From Paramoeba atlantica (taxonomy: Eukaryota; Protista; Discosea): a stretch of DNA of 64,000 nucleotides. The notes below the pieces were generated by a model that saw only the letters and a list, made by a program, of their open reading frames with translations, was not told the origin of the DNA and made no database searches. The translations under genes and the position numbers were made by a program. The stretch is taken from NCBI GenBank assembly GCA_977017575.1, contig CDRNVI010000004.1, forward strand, positions 656,106 to 720,105. Direction: 5' to 3'. Below, one piece after another: positions 22,538 through 34,772 of the stretch (position 1 is the first letter of the stretch; each line of letters begins with the position of its first letter).

Positions 22538-23440
22538 TTGAAACCGGACTGTAAGTACTGCTTTTACGATTTTGTACAAATGAACGTACGAGGCACACTT
22601 ATGAAAGACAGCGGTTCCAACTCACGTCGCGGTAAGGTTACCCCTATGTTACTGCCTCAAGCAGCTTTGATCCAACGATTTATTGACAATTTCACCGAAA
22701 AACATGAGTCATGGCGTACAACTAAGAAGAATTCATTTGGACATGTCCAAAGTGTCTCCCCATGCAATTGGGAAGGAGTTAAATGTGATTCTGCGAACAA
22801 TGTGGTTGAGATGACTTGGGGTTTTAAGCGTCTGACAGGTTATTTTTCATGTGAATATTTACCACGATCGCTTGTTCGTGGTATCTTCGTGGATAATCAG
22901 CTATCTGGGTCCGTGACTCTCGAAGCGTTGCCACCTCATTTGGTTGAGTTGGAACTACGGCACAACAGGTTTACCGGTGGGATATGTCTAACGTGTTTGC
23001 CTGCTACCATACGCCTCATTCATCTGCAGCACAACCGGTTTGAAGGAGGTGTAGATCTTGCCCATTTATCTCTTAGCCTGCAAGAATTAAGACTCTCGTA
23101 CAACAAATTTTCCGGTGGCGTCGATCTTTCGCATTTGCCGCCTAATATGCGACTTCTTGACATATCAGCAAACCGATTTTCAGGTCCCCTTCAATTGCAA
23201 CACTTGCCACCATTACTTGAGTGTATTTGTGCCAGTTTCAATTGCTTTTCGGGCCTCGTTATCTTTGATTCTCTTCCATCAGGAATGCAATACATGTACG
23301 TAAATGACAACCCTGATATCTACGGCGTGGTTGACGAGTCCATTCTTTCTGAAACGTTGTTTCCAACACCACAAGCAAGAGCGCTGGTGTACATACACAA
23401 AACTAAAATAGTTTGTCACGTCCGTGGGCAAAAGAAATAA
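22538..23440 (+). CDS. Small LRR-family protein, copy 4 (true start probably ATG 22580 or 22601)
   Basis: RRGKVTPMLLPQ, SPCNWEGVKCD, about 7 LRRs. Confidence 0.88.
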   Translation: MKPDCKYCFYDFVQMNVRGTLMKDSGSNSRRGKVTPMLLPQAALIQRFIDNFTEKHESWRTTKKNSFGHVQSVSPCNWEGVKCDSANNVVEMTWGFKRLTGYFSCEYLPRSLVRGIFVDNQLSGSVTLEALPPHLVELELRHNRFTGGICLTCLPATIRLIHLQHNRFEGGVDLAHLSLSLQELRLSYNKFSGGVDLSHLPPNMRLLDISANRFSGPLQLQHLPPLLECICASFNCFSGLVIFDSLPSGMQYMYVNDNPDIYGVVDESILSETLFPTPQARALVYIHKTKIVCHVRGQKK

Positions 23441-23598
23441 TACGCATGAAAAATGAAGTGAGCAAAGTTATCATTCGTAATGTTGTACAAGTGGTAGCCT
23501 ACTGTCCTATTTAAAAAGTCCTTTTTGACGGAGTTTCGGGCTGCCTGTGGCGCGAACAACGTGTTTTGGTTCTATTGCGGAAAAAATAGTGATACATA

Positions 23599-24350
23599 CA
23601 GGCGGGTAATCAGATGCTGCGGGGGGTCTAAAAATTGCAAAACCCTTCCAATTTTGGAAATGGATAGCTCATTCGAGAGCTCTCGCAGAGTTCTAAAAGG
23701 GGGGTTCGTCTATTATTAACAACCATCTATTATTAAAAATGGTATTATTTCATCTATTATTAACATTCATATATTATTAACAAGAATTATTTTTCTTCAT
23801 TTATCGCAGCTTCCCTAAAGGAGAATTCGCTAAAACTAACTTTCATGGAGCTTTTTTTCGTAAAAGTGGGGTTATTCTTGGGGACAAGGGTAGGAAACAA
23901 GCCTAAAATAAGCCGAAAAGGTCTATTGTTAATAATAGATGAAAAGTTCATCTTTTATTGAAAAAGGGGGTATTATTTCATCTATTATTAACAAACCGTC
24001 TATTACTAGCAAAAAAGTTTGTTAATGATAGACGAACCCCCCCTTTATGTTTTTGCGCTATTTTCACCTCAAAAGAAAGCAATTTTGTCTATGGCATTTT
24101 TTTAAAGTTTTTTTGCCCCTCTAAAATATGCAGTTTTTCCCAAATTTGCTCATTTTTTCGTTTTCGGATAATGCTCCTTGCCACAATAGAAGTTTTAGAA
24201 CCTTTAAAGAAAACGAAGTCGTTGTCCCCGGGAAGCTGCCTTTTCTAAAACATAGAACTCTGCGAGAGCTCTCGAATGCGCTATCATTTTCCAAAGTTGG
24301 AAAGGTTTCGCAATTTTTAGACCCCCCGCAGCATCTGATTTACCCCCCTG
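23599..24350. mobile_element. Tc1-family MITE, 752 bp, ~95-bp TIRs, TA TSD
   Basis: TA|CAGGCGGGTAATCAGATGCTGCGGGGGGTCTAAAAATTGC ... GCAATTTTTAGACCCCCCGCAGCATCTGATTTACCCCCCTG|TA. Confidence 0.88.
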
Positions 24351-24436
24351 TATATTTTGGATATGTATAGTGTAGTTTATAATATCTATCTAAATAATTA
24401 AAACTATCTAAATAAGTGTTATAAATAGTTCCAAGG

Positions 24437-24459
24437 TCCTCTTCCTTCTACACTTGTAG
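24437..24459 (+). promoter_or_regulatory. Putative trans-splice acceptor
   Basis: TCCTCTTCCTTCTACACTTGTAG 19 nt before ATG 24479. Confidence 0.45.
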
Positions 24460-24478
24460 ATTCATCTCACATTTCTAC

Positions 24479-25108
24479 ATGCGTCTACTGTATCCTTGTT
24501 GTGACACGGAACCGCCGCGTTCATCTTCGCGCCGCGGGAAAGTCTCCCGCGCTAACCTCCCCCCGGAGTTTTCTCTCTCTCGTATGGTTCAGGATTTAGA
24601 AAATGCTCCAGCGCAGTGGACCCGGGATACCCCAGCGAGTCAATGGACCGGGGTCCGGGTCAACCCCTCCGGGGAGGTCGCCACGATAGAATGGAACGGC
24701 ATGGAGCTCAAGGGCCCGATGCGTTGGGAGCACACACCCGCCTCCGTGGAGGTCATAGCGTGTGGGTGGGATCGCACGCGCAGGTTGGGTCTGCGTAACC
24801 AACTCACCGGGAAACTTCAGCTGGCAAGTCTCCCGGGAGGGTTGGAGTCCTTGGATCTTTCCTTCAACGAGCTGGAAGGAAATTTGGAGGCCGCATTGCT
24901 ACCGCGAGCAATGAAAAAACTGGACGTGGAGTGGAATAACTTTTCGGGAGTGTTTGATTTTGAGGCTGTTCCGTCGTCGTTGGTGAAATTGAACCTCGCG
25001 CATAACATGAGACTTACGGGTACCTGTGCATCCTTGAAATATGAGGAGTATTTCTTTTTTGAGGTAAAAGGGACAGGAATTACGATAGAGCCGATTGCCA
25101 TGGAATAG
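24479..25108 (+). CDS. Small LRR-family protein, copy 5
   Basis: RRGKVSRANLPPEFSL, TPASQWTGVRV, LRRs. Confidence 0.88.
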   Translation: MRLLYPCCDTEPPRSSSRRGKVSRANLPPEFSLSRMVQDLENAPAQWTRDTPASQWTGVRVNPSGEVATIEWNGMELKGPMRWEHTPASVEVIACGWDRTRRLGLRNQLTGKLQLASLPGGLESLDLSFNELEGNLEAALLPRAMKKLDVEWNNFSGVFDFEAVPSSLVKLNLAHNMRLTGTCASLKYEEYFFFEVKGTGITIEPIAME

Positions 25109-25530
25109 TCAATCGATAATACTGGTTCATTTAAATAATAAAGTAGGAATATCAAATGCTGTCATCAATTAAGGGGTCTGAATGACTTTAAATCTTTAAT
25201 TTGACGTGTCAAACATTCGTACCCTGGATTAATCTTGTAGTAAATTACTACATGATGATTAATCGATAGTAAATTACTACATTTTGGTTACTGATTACTA
25301 CACCGAATACTGATTACTACCTCGATTACTACATCCGCCTTTTGAGAGTGTGGAGCAGCAGTTTCGGACATGATTGGGGCAGGTACAAGAAGGACTGATA
25401 CGACATAAAGACACTCCTCGTGACACTCCTCGCAATCGGTGTCATATCCTACGTAGGTTGTTGAGATTTAGCAAAAACTTCTAAAGATATGTATGATATT
25501 TTTTTTGGAGGGGGGATGATTTTTCGGATG

Positions 25531-25713
25531 TACTGTCCCCCTCCCCTTAAGCGCACACGGTCGGACCCCCCGTTTAAGCACACATACATAGTTGAGGTGC
25601 AGAGCCGGGGGCCGCAAAGCGGCGCCACTTTTTTTTTGTGTAGTGATTCAGACCCCCTCCCGTTTAAGCGCACTTTTCACGGAAAACGAGGTGCGCTTAA
25701 ACGGGGGGAACAG
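25531..25713. mobile_element. Putative short MITE
   Basis: CTGTCCCCCTCCCCTTAAGCGCAC ... GTGCGCTTAAACGGGGGGAACAG imperfect inverted ends. Confidence 0.45.
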
Positions 25714-26645
25714 CACCTTTTTAAAGGTGTATAATTATCACACCAGAGGACGTTATTATGATTATCACTGTATAAGAAACAAATAAACCACTGTCCGGGT
25801 TAGCATTCCTCGTATTATTCCTACCAGGAATATTAAGTGTCCCAATGGTGCTTAATATTCCTACCTCCCTCCTCCCTAACAGCTACCCTGTCTTTGCTTG
25901 CAATCCACGAATTTTTTGCAGTATTGAAAAGATCTCGTTCCCGTAAAGAAGCGCTTTGCCGCCTTTTTTTCATAGAGACCCCCTGGTGCCCGCTGGTGCA
26001 AAAAGTACGGATTTTTAGGACGTTTTTTGTGCGCACAACTATTTTTTCCGATTTATTTCATGATTTTGTGGGTTTTTTGAATGTGTGTAGACTGAATAGT
26101 CCTCTAATTTCTTAGAGGCTTTCTTAGAGGCTCAAGCAATAATTCTGTACAAACATCAATAGCTATGCAATAGAGCGGATAAATTTGTAAACAAGCTAAT
26201 TAAGCTTCACGATTACGCCACCCTTGCACGAGCCATTAAAAAATATTTTTCTTTCCTAAAACGACCCGTTCAAAAATAAAAAGTGTTAAACTCCATTGAT
26301 CCGGTTTCCAATAGGCTTCGAAAAGTAATGCAAAACAATGGAGGAAATTCTGTATATTGATTCGTTGTGGTTTTCTGAAAAATGTAGTAATCGGTAGTAA
26401 TGTACTACATCGATTACTCCAGGGTGTGACCATTGTAAACATGTTATCGTCTACACTATCAAACATAGCTGTCATTCGACGTCGAATTCGACGTCGTTCG
26501 ACGGTCGAAAGGTCGAAACATTTTGAGTGCTTGTGTGGTTTCTGAAAGAATTTTTTTCAACAGAATATATGTTTATAAAATGTTTAAAAAATGTATTTGC
26601 AACCAGTCTTCTACTTTTTTGTGTTAATTTATTTCTTTTTTCACA

Positions 26646-28256
26646 ATGCACACCTCTGTTCGAGGAAGAGGGCGCATGATTCCTATCCGCATACCTTCTC
26701 CCCCAGCTCTTTCATCAGATGCAATCGTGCCAACTTTAGCTGAAGCAAATTCTTCCGAATCTGTTTCATCTACTACTCCTTCAGTTACTTCGGTTCGTGC
26801 CAAGAGAACCAATTCGGCGAAGAAGAATAGAACTGCCATGCAGCGAGATGCTTCCACGGAAGCAGCAGATGGTCCTACCCAGAGCAGATTTGAAATTTCC
26901 GATAACGTTCCGTCAGGGAGTTATGTTCCTGTCTCAGTACGACGAGAGTGTACCGCGAGGCTTGAAGAGGAAATGTCGTCCTCTCCATCACAACAGGCAA
27001 GCTCTGTAAGGCAAGTAGTTCGAAAACAGCTTGTACAGGACCCAATGCGGTTTCCCCGTATTTCGACAAAATTCTTTCGTGAACGCTGCTTGGGAATGGA
27101 TACCCCGCCTGGTAGAACGAAAGATTTGGAGAAGAAAAACAAAGAGTGTCGCGAATACGCCGAGAAATATCCTCGGCCCCATCTCGTGAATACCATGGGC
27201 CAGCGGACTCACATAAAGTGTCGCGACTGTCCGTGGTGGAGTCATTCGCTCCATAACAACCATTACTATCACCATATCAATCACACTTGTTTAGTGCGCG
27301 AGGGACAGAGAATCGCAAACGAACCGGAACTTTTTTCACTGACCCCGAACGACAATTCAATGAGTGTAAATGTTTTTGTTCGTCGCTGCGTTCCCTGTCT
27401 TGTGGCAAAGACGAACTTGTCATGCAAAGCTGCACACGCTTTACTTCGTAACTATGAAGAATTACGCCCCAAGCGAGCAAATACTGAAGAAATTCTCAAT
27501 GCACTCGGCAACAATCACAGGGTCATGCGTGATTGGGAGAAGGACTTGGCCAACGAAATATGGGAAAAAATGATTTCAAAAATCGATATTCATCCTTTCT
27601 TCGGGGTAGCTGTGGATGCTGGGGTTGATTCCGTGCTCAACGAGCACGTATTAGTAGGGGTGGTGTATGTTTCAGATGAGCAATATCTATTACCACCCAT
27701 GTATCATCCGAAGCGGAAGGCATTCAACGGCAAAGAAACAGCTGAGAGTTTGGTTAATACATTGAATTCTATTCTCGGCATTACGCTGGTACGAAAAATG
27801 AGGTTTTTAATGGTGGACGGCTGTGCCGTTAACCACGTGGCCCGTGATGAGGCAGAAGGAGAATTAAAAAGAATATATGATCGCGTTCAAAGAATTGGGG
27901 AGTCGGACTGGATAAACTTCGGAAACCGGGCCGTGGACATGATGCCACACGTCTCCTTACTATCTTGCTTTGGTCATTTTCTCAATAACCTCGCGATGGA
28001 TGCGATGAAACCCTTTCAGGAAACACCCCTTTTTGAACTTAAAAAGCTCTTCAGACAAACATTTTATGGACATGACAAGATCTGTACGAAGAAGGGGCGG
28101 TATCGTGGTGTGGCCCTAGACGTTCTTCTTCAAAAGTGTCAACCAAAAGTCTCCCCCCTAGCGATTGATCCTTTCTTTTGCGTTTTTGCTATTTTTTATT
28201 GCATTACAGAATCCGTACAGTTGATTTGTCACGTACCGCACCTCGTATACACCTAA
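26646..28256 (+). mobile_element. hAT-superfamily transposase-like ORF, C-terminally truncated
   Basis: Zn-finger-like CRDC...H...H; first catalytic D in FFGVAVDAGVD; second in FLMVDGCAVN; CxxH motif SCFGHFLNNL. Confidence 0.7.
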
Positions 28257-28346
28257 CCGTACCCCTTCTATATTATCTCCGTGTGCAGCATCTCAACTAC
28301 ACCACCTTTTCCACACCTTCTAATCATCTTATTTTAGAACCATATT

Positions 28347-28955
28347 TTGTTGTTGCTTTTTGTTTTTGTGTGCATGAAGCTTGTAAAACCTGCCGATACC
28401 CGACGTACTTCCCCACTGTATCGTGCGAGTAAAGTTCGGGGACATCTTCCCCCAGAATACGAACTTGGTGTTTTTATACAAACTCTTCAAGGAACACACA
28501 TCTCATGGAATGCGAGCCAACCCGTCTCGAATTGGGCCGATGTGGATTGTGACAAAACAGGCATGGTGCGTGCCATTCGTTGGAGTGCTCGTCATCTGGA
28601 AGGTGAACCCCAATGGCGACATCTTCCCTGGGGCCTTGAGAATCTGTTTCTTCAAGACAACAACTTATCCGGGGCCGTGAATTTTGAAGAATTTCCACGA
28701 GGGTTGATAATACTTAACCTAAGCGGCAATAAGTTTACGGGTGCGATTCAACTTCAACAGTTGCCTCCCAGTATGCAAAAGGTTTATCTTATGAGCAACA
28801 AATTTGAAGGTAGAGTTTATTTTCATGACTTGCCTAGCGGGCTTGAGGAGCTCTTTCTAGGGTACAACACAAAGCTTACAGGAAGCGCTTGCCTTGCAGA
28901 CTTTCCTGTGACTTTAAGACTTCATAGCTGGATAGACACGGACATAACCCCATAG
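28347..28955 (+). CDS. Small LRR-family protein, copy 6 (likely ATG 28374)
   Basis: KVRGHLPPEYEL, QPVSNWADVDCD, LRRs. Confidence 0.88.
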   Translation: MLLLFVFVCMKLVKPADTRRTSPLYRASKVRGHLPPEYELGVFIQTLQGTHISWNASQPVSNWADVDCDKTGMVRAIRWSARHLEGEPQWRHLPWGLENLFLQDNNLSGAVNFEEFPRGLIILNLSGNKFTGAIQLQQLPPSMQKVYLMSNKFEGRVYFHDLPSGLEELFLGYNTKLTGSACLADFPVTLRLHSWIDTDITP

Positions 28956-29372
28956 TTTATTTAGCTTCTTCTTTTTGTTGCGTATACAACAGTGCCTTGA
29001 CGGGTGCTCTCACCCAGCAAGACTAAACGATATTTTCGAAAAAGAGCACAACGGGTGGGAAGAGTATTGTGAGACAATTTACTTTTCAAACCCAATTTTC
29101 GGTGGTCTTTAGTGAAGAAATATTTTACGTATACGGGGTGATGAGGTATTACGCGGCTTATCCTGCAGGGTGACTTCTCCTCTTTTTCTACCTGTAAATT
29201 TTCTGCCTTTCTGGCAAGCGAAGTGAGGGGTGTGACGGCATCCGTATTTTTGTCAGGTTCTTATTTTTAGATCGTTTGGATACTCTCCAATACTCAGTAA
29301 GTTTTTCAAATATTCACGCTACTGCTGCGCATTTTGCGTTGAAAACTACCTCGAAATGAAAATCTAGTTGAA

Positions 29373-31365
29373 ACAACGAAACGCCAATATACCGCTCCTA
29401 GAGGACCAGGATATCGTGGCCTGCGTTACTTGGATAGCTACAGCTGTGCTGCGAAACTCCCGAGACGCTCAGCTAAGGGACGTCTTAACCAGCTCCACTC
29501 TGATCTTGCTGCGCAAGGAGGGCCCTTCCGTAGAAGGATCCCCAGCCTGCCGACCTATAGCAATGGGGGAAATCTTTCTTAAATTGGCTAGCCAAATCGC
29601 CATGGACAGGGTAGCAGAAGCAACGGGCAGACTTTTCCAAGATACACAATTTGGTGTTGGAACAAGAAACGGAGGACCTAAAATAATATTAAGGGCAAGA
29701 AACGCGTTTCGTCAAAAAGCGGACTTTGTGCTCTTGACAGTAGGCATCCGTAACGCCTTCAATTCAATTGAAAGAAGCGCGGTGTTTCAGTGTCTAAGGA
29801 GAAATGATGAATTTCACGAGCTATACGGGGTGACCTCATATGTATATCGGGCTCCAACTACGATATTTAACTCGTCGTGTTCGCCGAATAAGGTTCTGAG
29901 GGGAGTCCGACAAGGCGACCCATTAGGACCGTTACTGTTTTCTCTCGGCTTGCACCAAATTCTTGGAAAATTAAAGGATGAGTTCAGTGATCTGACGCTT
30001 TGGGCTTACCTAGACGACCTTTGAATCATCGGCCCGGCAGAACGTGTCGCACAGGCGTTTGGCGCTCTCTGTGATCACGCTTCGGGAATAGGACTGGAGG
30101 TACATCCGGCCAAATGTAAGCTTTCGACGCATTTCAATGACCAGTACGCTCCTTTCAGAGGTATGAACATAGAGCATGCGGAGCAAGGACAAAAGCTCCT
30201 AGGTGCATTCGTCTCCAAGGAAGGCGCGGATGAAACCAGATGGGTAGTCAACCAAATGCCTAAATTGCAGACATTCCTGGATCGGCTGCAACATCTCTCG
30301 TTACAAAGTGCTTACATTTTGCTGAAGAGATGTGGAGTCCCCCGGTGGGACTACCTAATGCGGTGTCATGAGCCGGAGGTAACGGCAAAAGCCAACGTGT
30401 TAGCGGACAAGGCCATACAGGAGTGTGCCTCAGAGCTGCTAGGAGGCTTCGAAGACCTGGAAAAGAACCCGTTTCACAGTACTCTCATGACGGGCGACCC
30501 TTTGGGGGCGAAACCTTTTGCGCAGCAAGCGGCAACTCTGTATTCTCGCACAAAAGCTGAGGTATTAGGGTGTATGGAAAGACGACGTTCTGCCTTGACA
30601 AGATATGAAGAGTCGAAGTCAGCAGTGCGTAAAGAAACCAGCGAACTACATGACGTCCATTCACTTCAGTTGATGGACAAGAGAACGCGCAATTGGACAG
30701 AGGCGCGTAGGAATCGGGGTGAGTACTTCATGCGCGACGCAGAATGGCAAACAGCCATGCGCATGCGATACTTGATAGCACCTACTTCGGACCCTTTCGC
30801 ACAATGTGAGTGCGGAGACATCCTCTCAAACAAAGATTTTGTTGTGCACGCCCTTGACTGCAATAAAGTCAAAGGCGACACTGCGGCCACTCGCCACAAA
30901 CTTGTTAAGAATGCCTTCGTGCACTTGCTACGACAGTACGGATTCACTCCTGACAATCATGAACCCCGATTCTCTGCTGGTCAGGGCCCCGACGTCTGCT
31001 TTATGCTGGGAGGGAAGATATGTCTGGTGGACGTGACCGTCGTTAACCCCCTCGCCCCTTCTTATGTTAAGGCCGAATGGGTAGCGCCTGGCAACACTCT
31101 AGAAAGGGTGGAAAGCTTGAAAGTAAAAGCGCACAGTGACATGGCCACGAAAAGGGGTATGCATTTCTACCCCCTTGCATTTACCGTTTTTGGTGTGGCA
31201 GGGAAGCGCACCGTACTCCTCCTAAAGGAGATCGCAAGGTATACGTATGACAGGAAAAGTTTCCTGCGTCATGCACTACAAGCCATTAATGTGGCTGTTC
31301 AAAAAGGCAACGCCGCGATACTATCCTCCGCGGTAAAAGAGTGGAGGAAGGCGGGTGTCCGCTAA
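29373..31365 (+). mobile_element. 5'-truncated CRE/SLACS-clade non-LTR retroposon (RT + CCHC + restriction-like endonuclease), one internal stop
   Basis: RPIAMGE, QFGVG, RNAFNSI, GVRQGDPLGPLLF, AYLDD, KLLG; CECG...HALDC zinc knuckle, TRHKLV, GPD...LVDVTV...ESLK RLE motifs; ORFs 29368 and 30163 are in frame, separated only by TGA 30022-30024. Confidence 0.9.
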
Positions 31366-31975
31366 TTGAAGCATTTTTTTTAAAGGTTTTTTACCCCCCT
31401 CTTTTTTTTTGTTCTAGTAACAACGTTTACACTGTATTAAATACAACGTAGCTTGTTTTTGTTCTTTGATTGTCTTTGTAGATTCTTCCTTCGTTTAATA
31501 GTTAAATTGACTGACGCCGGCTCGATTTTTGAACCGTAAACTTGCTTTGTTGATCCTCATTCATGGAACGCCACACTTCGCTATCCGTTTTCTTGCAGGA
31601 TATGGATCCATGATCTTTGCTGCAATGACTTGAGTAAGGAAGTAATCGAGACAATCTTTTTCTAAAATTTACGTGCTTACATCACCTCCAACAAATACTA
31701 GAAACAGAGTCACGAATTTTCCCACCCTCGTGATCGTGAGGACATTTCTCTTCGGTCACAAAGCAAAAAATCTTCAAAAGTTTTTGATGTGTCCCCATCA
31801 TGCTTTCACTTTAAAATTCAACTCAGGTCCGCACATGTACATGACAAAGCACGCACAAGAAGAGACCGAGAAAATATCTTATTTTGCAAAAGGCAAGGAA
31901 AAGACGTGTTTTTGAAAAATGAGTACAATTGAATCCGACATTAGCCGCTTTTTCATATCATGGTCATCACTTGTC

Positions 31976-33121
31976 CTACAACATCCGGCGGAAATGGGAA
32001 GTTCTTGGGTCCTCCAAATCTAAAAAAAGGTCTTCGGTCCTCACTAATATCTCTGTTTTGGATGGCACTGGATGGCAGCGCATGGCACTGGATGGCAGTG
32101 GACAACTGCATAGTGTCCAATGACTATAGCCTGCGTTCGGGAAGTACCACGTGCGTTGCGTGACCCCTCCTGATTTTTCCATTTTTAGTTTGTCGAATGA
32201 TCCCATATGCTCCGTCCGAAAACATTTACCGGTATACCCGCGATCGGCCGAATTGACTCGAGTAACGGCGCGAACATTACTGGCAAGAGCATTGACGATA
32301 CTTTTGTCAATGCTCGTCGCCTCGCTATCCAAAAGAATTTCTTCGAATGTGGCAGGGGTAATGCGCGTACCTTGCGCTGCCAACCTGCACGAGACCATTA
32401 CTGAGGCGGGCTTACAGAGTAAGTTCCATACCACAAGACGAATACCTTCGTCTTCGGTACCCGTAATCGTTGTCCCAGCAGGCAGTTGAGCAATCAAATT
32501 CGCGTAGTAACGCATGTATGGGGTTTTTCCTATTGCAGCCCGAACTTCAGCTATTAGTTCTGGAGTCATCCAGCCCTCCGTTTGAAATCCTTGATTTGTC
32601 AGGCATTGATGTATCAATGGCCCGCAAATTGGCTTTGCAGCCTTACAAATTAGAGGATTCATGGATCCCTTGATACCTTTCCCCCCACGCTCGTTCGAGA
32701 CAGTTTGTCCTTCAGCCCCTCTTTTGGTAACATTTTCGTCTTTTGATGATAGTCTACTCATGATCACATAATGCGTTCTGAGTGCAACAAGCACCGTGTC
32801 GGGGACTTCACCCGCATCAAAATTACCGCATCGAAGAGCCTGAAAAGAGTTTTCAATTTTTTGTGCACCGGTTGCAGTTTTACCATTTCCAGCCAGTATA
32901 GGCTCAAGCATCATTTTTCCTTTCACAAAAAAGACGGCCGCAGGAAAAACACTGATAATCCTATTCCTCACTTCTACACCCACGCGTTTCATAGAGCAAA
33001 GCTGCATGTACGCGTCCTCGGGAGAGTAACGTTCGTTAGTTGAAGAAGTTTCACTTAAAGAATCAAAACACGTGGTTGACGTGTGCGTTAAAACAGTAGA
33101 ACGAGAATAGAAAGGCACCAC
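31976..33121 (-). CDS. gag-like ORF family copy B (longest, 381 aa), probably from a tyrosine-recombinase retroelement
   Basis: Aligns by eye with copies at 16955-18000 and 57071-57535; the latter is directly followed by a YR ORF. Confidence 0.6.
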   Translation of the reverse strand: MVPFYSRSTVLTHTSTTCFDSLSETSSTNERYSPEDAYMQLCSMKRVGVEVRNRIISVFPAAVFFVKGKMMLEPILAGNGKTATGAQKIENSFQALRCGNFDAGEVPDTVLVALRTHYVIMSRLSSKDENVTKRGAEGQTVSNERGGKGIKGSMNPLICKAAKPICGPLIHQCLTNQGFQTEGWMTPELIAEVRAAIGKTPYMRYYANLIAQLPAGTTITGTEDEGIRLVVWNLLCKPASVMVSCRLAAQGTRITPATFEEILLDSEATSIDKSIVNALASNVRAVTRVNSADRGYTGKCFRTEHMGSFDKLKMEKSGGVTQRTWYFPNAGYSHWTLCSCPLPSSAMRCHPVPSKTEILVRTEDLFLDLEDPRTSHFRRML

Positions 33122-33268
33122 AAAATTGCGATTACCACCTTTTACTTCATTAAAATGTTACAAATGAGACAAAGGATAGTTCGCCAGCTCTCATACATCG
33201 TATTTTGGGGGATCTAAGGATCCGTATCTAAACGTGAGAGTCACACGAATCTAACTTGAAGTTAAACT

Positions 33269-34406
33269 GGATGAAACCAGATGGGTAGTCAACCAAATGC
33301 CTAAATTGCAGACATTCCTGGATCGGCTGCAACATCTCTCGTTACAAAGTGCTTACATTTTGCTGAAGAGATGTGGAGTCCCCCGGTGGGACTACCTAAT
33401 GCGGTGTCATGAGCCGGAGGTAACGGCAAAAGCCAACGTGTTAGCGGACAAGGCCATACAGGAGTGTGCCTCAGAGCTGCTAGGAGGCTTCGAAGACCTG
33501 GAAAAGAACCCGTTTCACAGTACTCTCATGACGGGCGACCTTTTGGGGGCGAAACCTTTTGCGCAGCAAGCGGCAACTCTGTATTCTCGCACAAAAGCTG
33601 AGGTATTAGGGTGTATGGAAAGACGACGTTCTGCCTTGACAAGATATGAAGAGTCGAAGTCAGCAGTGCGTAAAGAAACCAGCGAACTACATGACGTCCA
33701 TTCACTTCAGTTGATGGACAAGAGAACGCGCAATTGGACAGAGGCGCGTAGGAATCGGGGTGAGTACTTCATGCGCGACGCAGAATGGCAAACAGCCATG
33801 CGCATGCGATACTTGATAGCACCTACTTCGGACCCTTTCGCACAATGTGAGTGCGGAGACATCCTCTCAAACAAAGATTTTGTTGTGCACGCCCTTGACT
33901 GCAATAAAGTCAAAGGCGACACTGCGGCCACTCGCCACAAACTTGTTAGGAATGCCTTCGTGCACTTGCTACGACAGTACGGATTCACTCCTGACAATCA
34001 TGAACCCCGATTCTCTGCTGGTCAGGGCCCCGACGTCTGCTTTATGCTGGGAGGGAAGATATGTCTGGTGGACGTGACCGTCGTTAACCCCCTCGCCCCT
34101 TCTTATGTTAAGGCCGAACGGGTAGCGCCTGGCAACACTCTAGAAAGGGTGGAAAGCTTGAAAGCAAAAGCGCACAGTGACATGGCCACGAAAAGGGGTA
34201 TGCATTTCTACCCCCTTGCATTTACCGTTTTTGGTGTGGCAGGGAAGCGCACCGTACTCCTCCTAAAGGAGATCGCAAGGTATACGTATGACAGGAAAGG
34301 TTTCCTGCGTCATGCACTACAAGCCATTAATGTGGCTGTTCAAAAAGGCAACGCCGCGATACTATCCTCCGCGGTAAAAGAGTGGAGGAAGGCGGGTGTC
34401 CGCTAA
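33269..34406 (+). mobile_element. Second, more truncated copy of the same CRE-clade retroposon
   Basis: Near-identical to 30228-31365 (5 visible amino-acid differences); similarity ends just after the same TAA. Confidence 0.92.
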
Positions 34407-34772
34407 TTAAAAATATTAAATGCGCTTATCTCTGGGGTAGTCACAAGTTACCATAAATTGCATAGGATGAGGCCAGAAAACTATGACCTCTAGCGGGTGA
34501 CTCCAACAATCATGACACATAAATGCGAGTGGAACGCCAATTGTTTCGGGGAAGAAATATATCTAACTAAGGGAAATATATCTAACTAAGGGAAAGATAG
34601 ACCAAGCAACTGAAAATGACGAAATGAATAGCGAGAAATACAAAAAATGCACAAATAAAATATTTCGAGATGTATTTTCTACAATCAGAAAATTTGATTG
34701 AAAAAAATAGAAAAATAAATGAAATTTGCTTCAGTTTCACCCATTCTTTTATTTTATTTTCTAATCCAAAGA

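Noticed and set aside
21394-30024. In-frame TGA at a Trp position in LRR copy 3 and after YLDDL in the CRE ORF, suggesting UGA=Trp recoding
   Set aside because: TGA ends several LRR and RRM genes at the expected C-termini (7654, 14387, 42017, 51752, 54248) and TGG is used freely; simple nonsense mutations explain both cases
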